Virus record (IMG/VR): IMGVR_UViG_3300045988_130225
Span: 32,001-96,000 of that record
Origin: a virus
DNA: 64,000 bases
Strand: one strand, 5' to 3'
Shown: positions 61,565-64,000 of the stretch, piece by piece
Layout of the letters: each line of letters opens with the position of its first letter
Position numbering within the stretch: the first letter of the stretch is position 1
Made by a program: the position numbers and the translations under genes
Notes under the pieces: model-generated
Databases searched by the model: none
What the model was told of the DNA's origin: nothing
The model's input: only the letters and a program-made list of their open reading frames with translations

Positions 61565-61813
61565 ATGGCAGTATTAAAAAATGATGAACTGGAAGTAATG
61601 AACAGAATCAATAAATTACTTTCACCGAATACGCAAGGATTTTTTGAATTGTATTTTAATCTCACAGAAGAACAGAAAGCAGATATAGTGAAGTTTACCA
61701 GGCTTATAGGAAAGTTGGAAAATGATAGGGATATGCAAAGGATAAGAACAAAATTAGCAAATAGAGAAAAGCGAAAAATCAATAAAGATTATGGGAGAAG
61801 AAAGCAGGCGTAA
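61565..61813 (+). CDS. Hypothetical protein
   Basis: 82 aa. Confidence 0.5.
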   Translation: MAVLKNDELEVMNRINKLLSPNTQGFFELYFNLTEEQKADIVKFTRLIGKLENDRDMQRIRTKLANREKRKINKDYGRRKQA

Positions 61814-62043
61814 CGCTTGCTTTTCTTTTTTGGTTTAATACCAGCTAAAATAACAGCGTTTAGATTTTAGATGATAAATGTATCATGTAACGTGCTAGAA
61901 CTGCTTGTAGTGGCTTGTAGCGCGTTGTAGCTGTATCCTGATAATTGATTTATGTATTTTATTCCGGATGTTTGTATGTTATCCAATTATTGATAATATT
62001 ATAAAAAGCATAATAAAAATCATTATATTTTTTAAAATAAATA

Positions 62044-62072
62044 TTGACAAAGCATATAAAAAGTATTATAAT
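62044..62072 (+). promoter_or_regulatory. Consensus promoter TTGACA-N17-TATAAT with no ORF immediately downstream
   Basis: Direct reading. Confidence 0.7.
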
Positions 62073-62211
62073 TAAGATAGTTAAAAAAGAATAGTTGTGG
62101 TGGAGAGTCCTAGCCCGGATATAGGAAAAACATTGAAGATACAATTTTTTAATTGTCTGATAATTTTAATGTTTCCTTATGCTATTCTAAACATTTATTT
62201 ATGATATTCCA

Positions 62212-62240
62212 TTGACTTTTATATATAAATTTGTTATACT
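62212..62240 (+). promoter_or_regulatory. Promoter TTGACT-N17-TATACT
   Basis: Direct reading. Confidence 0.7.
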
Positions 62241-62273
62241 TTATATAATTATAAAAAAGAGGGAAGTGAAAAG

Positions 62274-62420
62274 ATGTATTTTACAAAGGACTACAGACAA
62301 CTTGATACTGTAGCATTGTATTTATTGTATAATAAGGATAGAAAACAGTATAAGACAGTATACAGCTTTAAACAGTGGTTAAACAAGTCTTTATTGACCG
62401 GAAGTATTAAAAGGCTGTAA
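62274..62420 (+). CDS. Small hypothetical protein (48 aa)
   Basis: MYFTKDYRQLDTVALYLLYNKDRKQYKTVYSFKQWLNKSLLTG; promoter and RBS upstream. Confidence 0.45.
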   Translation: MYFTKDYRQLDTVALYLLYNKDRKQYKTVYSFKQWLNKSLLTGSIKRL

Positions 62421-63158
62421 CAAGGTTTACAATCGTATATAAAGCCGATATAAAGCGAATAAAGCATAGGCATAAACATAGGAATAAAATTTCTTGTGTT
62501 TATGCCTGTTTTTTATTTCAGAAAAATCAAATACAGAAAAGATCGTAGTTGTCCAGAATAAACCTATTAGAATAGTATGAATTATTACAAGCTAAAACTA
62601 GACGTTTTAACACGTCAATAGTAATTTATTCAAATAAGTATGTAAAACGGCTAGAAACGGCTTGTAGCATGTTATAACATGGTTTAAATAGTTTTTAATC
62701 GGTCTGGAAGGTTGAAAACGGGCAGATTATCCGGTTATAGGTTATCTGGTTTACTGTATGGGAGTTTTTTAGTAAATGAAAAATACTGTTCAATTTTAAA
62801 TGACTTAAGGGAAATTTGAACTGAATTGTCAAATTGTTTGAAACAATTCACAATCGAACAAGTGTTCGGTGATTATCTTTCAGAATTTTCTGAAATTTCC
62901 CAGAGGTAAGAAATTCCCCCAGAATATGCGAGAATAATTTTTCCCCACGAAGTTAGTGGGGATTTTCGTTTTGGTAATAGCGAGATTTAAAAATTCCCCA
63001 CGGAGTTTTTTAATTTATTTTTTTATTTTCTTTTATTTTCTTTATTGTTTAAACATTTTCTTTTATAATTTTTATCTTATCTATTGACAAAATCTAATGT
63101 TTATGTTATTCTTTTGTATAGAAGTTATTAGTGTATAACGAAAGGAGAAAAATTTTTT

Positions 63159-63644
63159 ATGAAAATGGAAATAGTTTTGACTGAGAAAGAGATTGAAAAT
63201 TTACCATATATAAGTAAGGGTGAGATTATTAATAATTGTGATTTTTGCATTGAAATCAATAAATTTTTAAGACATATAATACCTATTGAAATTAATAAAG
63301 AAAAATATTGTAGGTGTAATGGTTGTAATGAAAATATTAATGTTGCTTTTTATGTAGAAAAAGAACTTAGCAAGAAAGAATATTTCCGTAGATTTATTGA
63401 AGAACCTTTTTATAAAAATATTTGCGATTCTTATGTAAAGATTTTAAACTGTGGTGTTATATTTATTGATGAAACAAGTTCAGACAAAGAAATAAAGTAT
63501 TTTATTAAACAAGCTATCAATCCAGAAGTAATGTTTGAAGGAAATTTCAAAGATTTTAAATTTAACGAGCAACTTGATAAAACTTTAGACCTTACTGAAA
63601 CTGTTGAAAAAAGATGGTTCGTATGTGTTGAAAGCATATTATAG
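63159..63644 (+). CDS. Hypothetical protein
   Basis: 161 aa; CDFCIEIN...CRCNGCNEN. Confidence 0.5.
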   Translation: MKMEIVLTEKEIENLPYISKGEIINNCDFCIEINKFLRHIIPIEINKEKYCRCNGCNENINVAFYVEKELSKKEYFRRFIEEPFYKNICDSYVKILNCGVIFIDETSSDKEIKYFIKQAINPEVMFEGNFKDFKFNEQLDKTLDLTETVEKRWFVCVESIL

Positions 63645-63710
63645 AGTATATAAGACATTAAGAAATCCAAAACGGTTTTTAATATAAAAAGTATGAAAGG
63701 AATATAAAAA

Positions 63711-64000
63711 GTGGAAACTACCCCCTCTATTGATAGAAAGAAACTAGCAGAAGAAAACCACAATCTTATCTATTGGTTTTGTTGGAAAAATCATTTAGAT
63801 ATAGAAGAGTGGTATGATATAATTGCTATTGGATATATGAAAGGTATTAATTCTTATGACGAAACAAAAGGTGTTAAATTAAGCACTTACTTAATTAAAA
63901 TAATGAAAAATGAATATCTGCTAGTATTAAGAAATAAAAAATATGCTAAGTATATTCCAGACGAAGAGATTTTATCTTTGGATTTTGAATATAAATTTGA
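63711..64000 (+). CDS. Sigma70-family RNA polymerase sigma factor, truncated by window edge
   Basis: GTG start after AAAGGA; AEENHNLIYWFCWKNHLDIEEWYDIIAIGYMKGINSYDETKGVKLSTYLIKIMKNEYL is region-2 like. Confidence 0.7.
   Translation, partial: METTPSIDRKKLAEENHNLIYWFCWKNHLDIEEWYDIIAIGYMKGINSYDETKGVKLSTYLIKIMKNEYLLVLRNKKYAKYIPDEEILSLDFEYKF

Overview
The window looks like about 64 kb of a large tailed phage or prophage (siphovirus-like) with a low-GC Clostridia-type coding style. From 1 to 41 kb a minus-strand late module encodes tail fibre/baseplate proteins, tape measure, tail assembly, holin and XhlA-like proteins, major tail protein, head-tail connectors, major capsid protein, prohead protease/scaffold, portal, TerL, a TerS-like protein, two HU-like proteins and a QDE-1/YonO-like double-psi beta-barrel RNA polymerase. 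From 41.6 to 64 kb a plus-strand early/accessory module encodes many small proteins, HNH and C5-methyltransferase genes, tRNA-Gln, tRNA-Met, a DUF262 protein and a truncated sigma factor. Main unusual items: (1) an IStron-like element (group I intron core plus TnpB) that splits the gene just upstream of TerL. Its removal at TTGAT/G restores a frame ending exactly one codon before TerL starts. (2) A ~730-nt non-coding, pseudoknotted, promoter-driven RNA next to tRNA-Gln, a candidate for the giant ornate GOLLD/ROOL-type RNAs. (3) A second ~240-nt candidate structured RNA at 41.27-41.50 kb, with a 24-bp stem, a 12-bp stem and a pseudoknot, at the divergence point of the two modules. (4) A DFDSD-motif RNA polymerase. 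(5) A C5 methyltransferase split at an A7 tract, with motif I displaced to the C-terminus. (6) A ~3.2-kb gene-poor segment with an abrupt strand-composition switch and perfect palindromes. (7) A class of early promoters sharing a 17-nt box. All calls come from reading the sequence. No database search or folding program was run.
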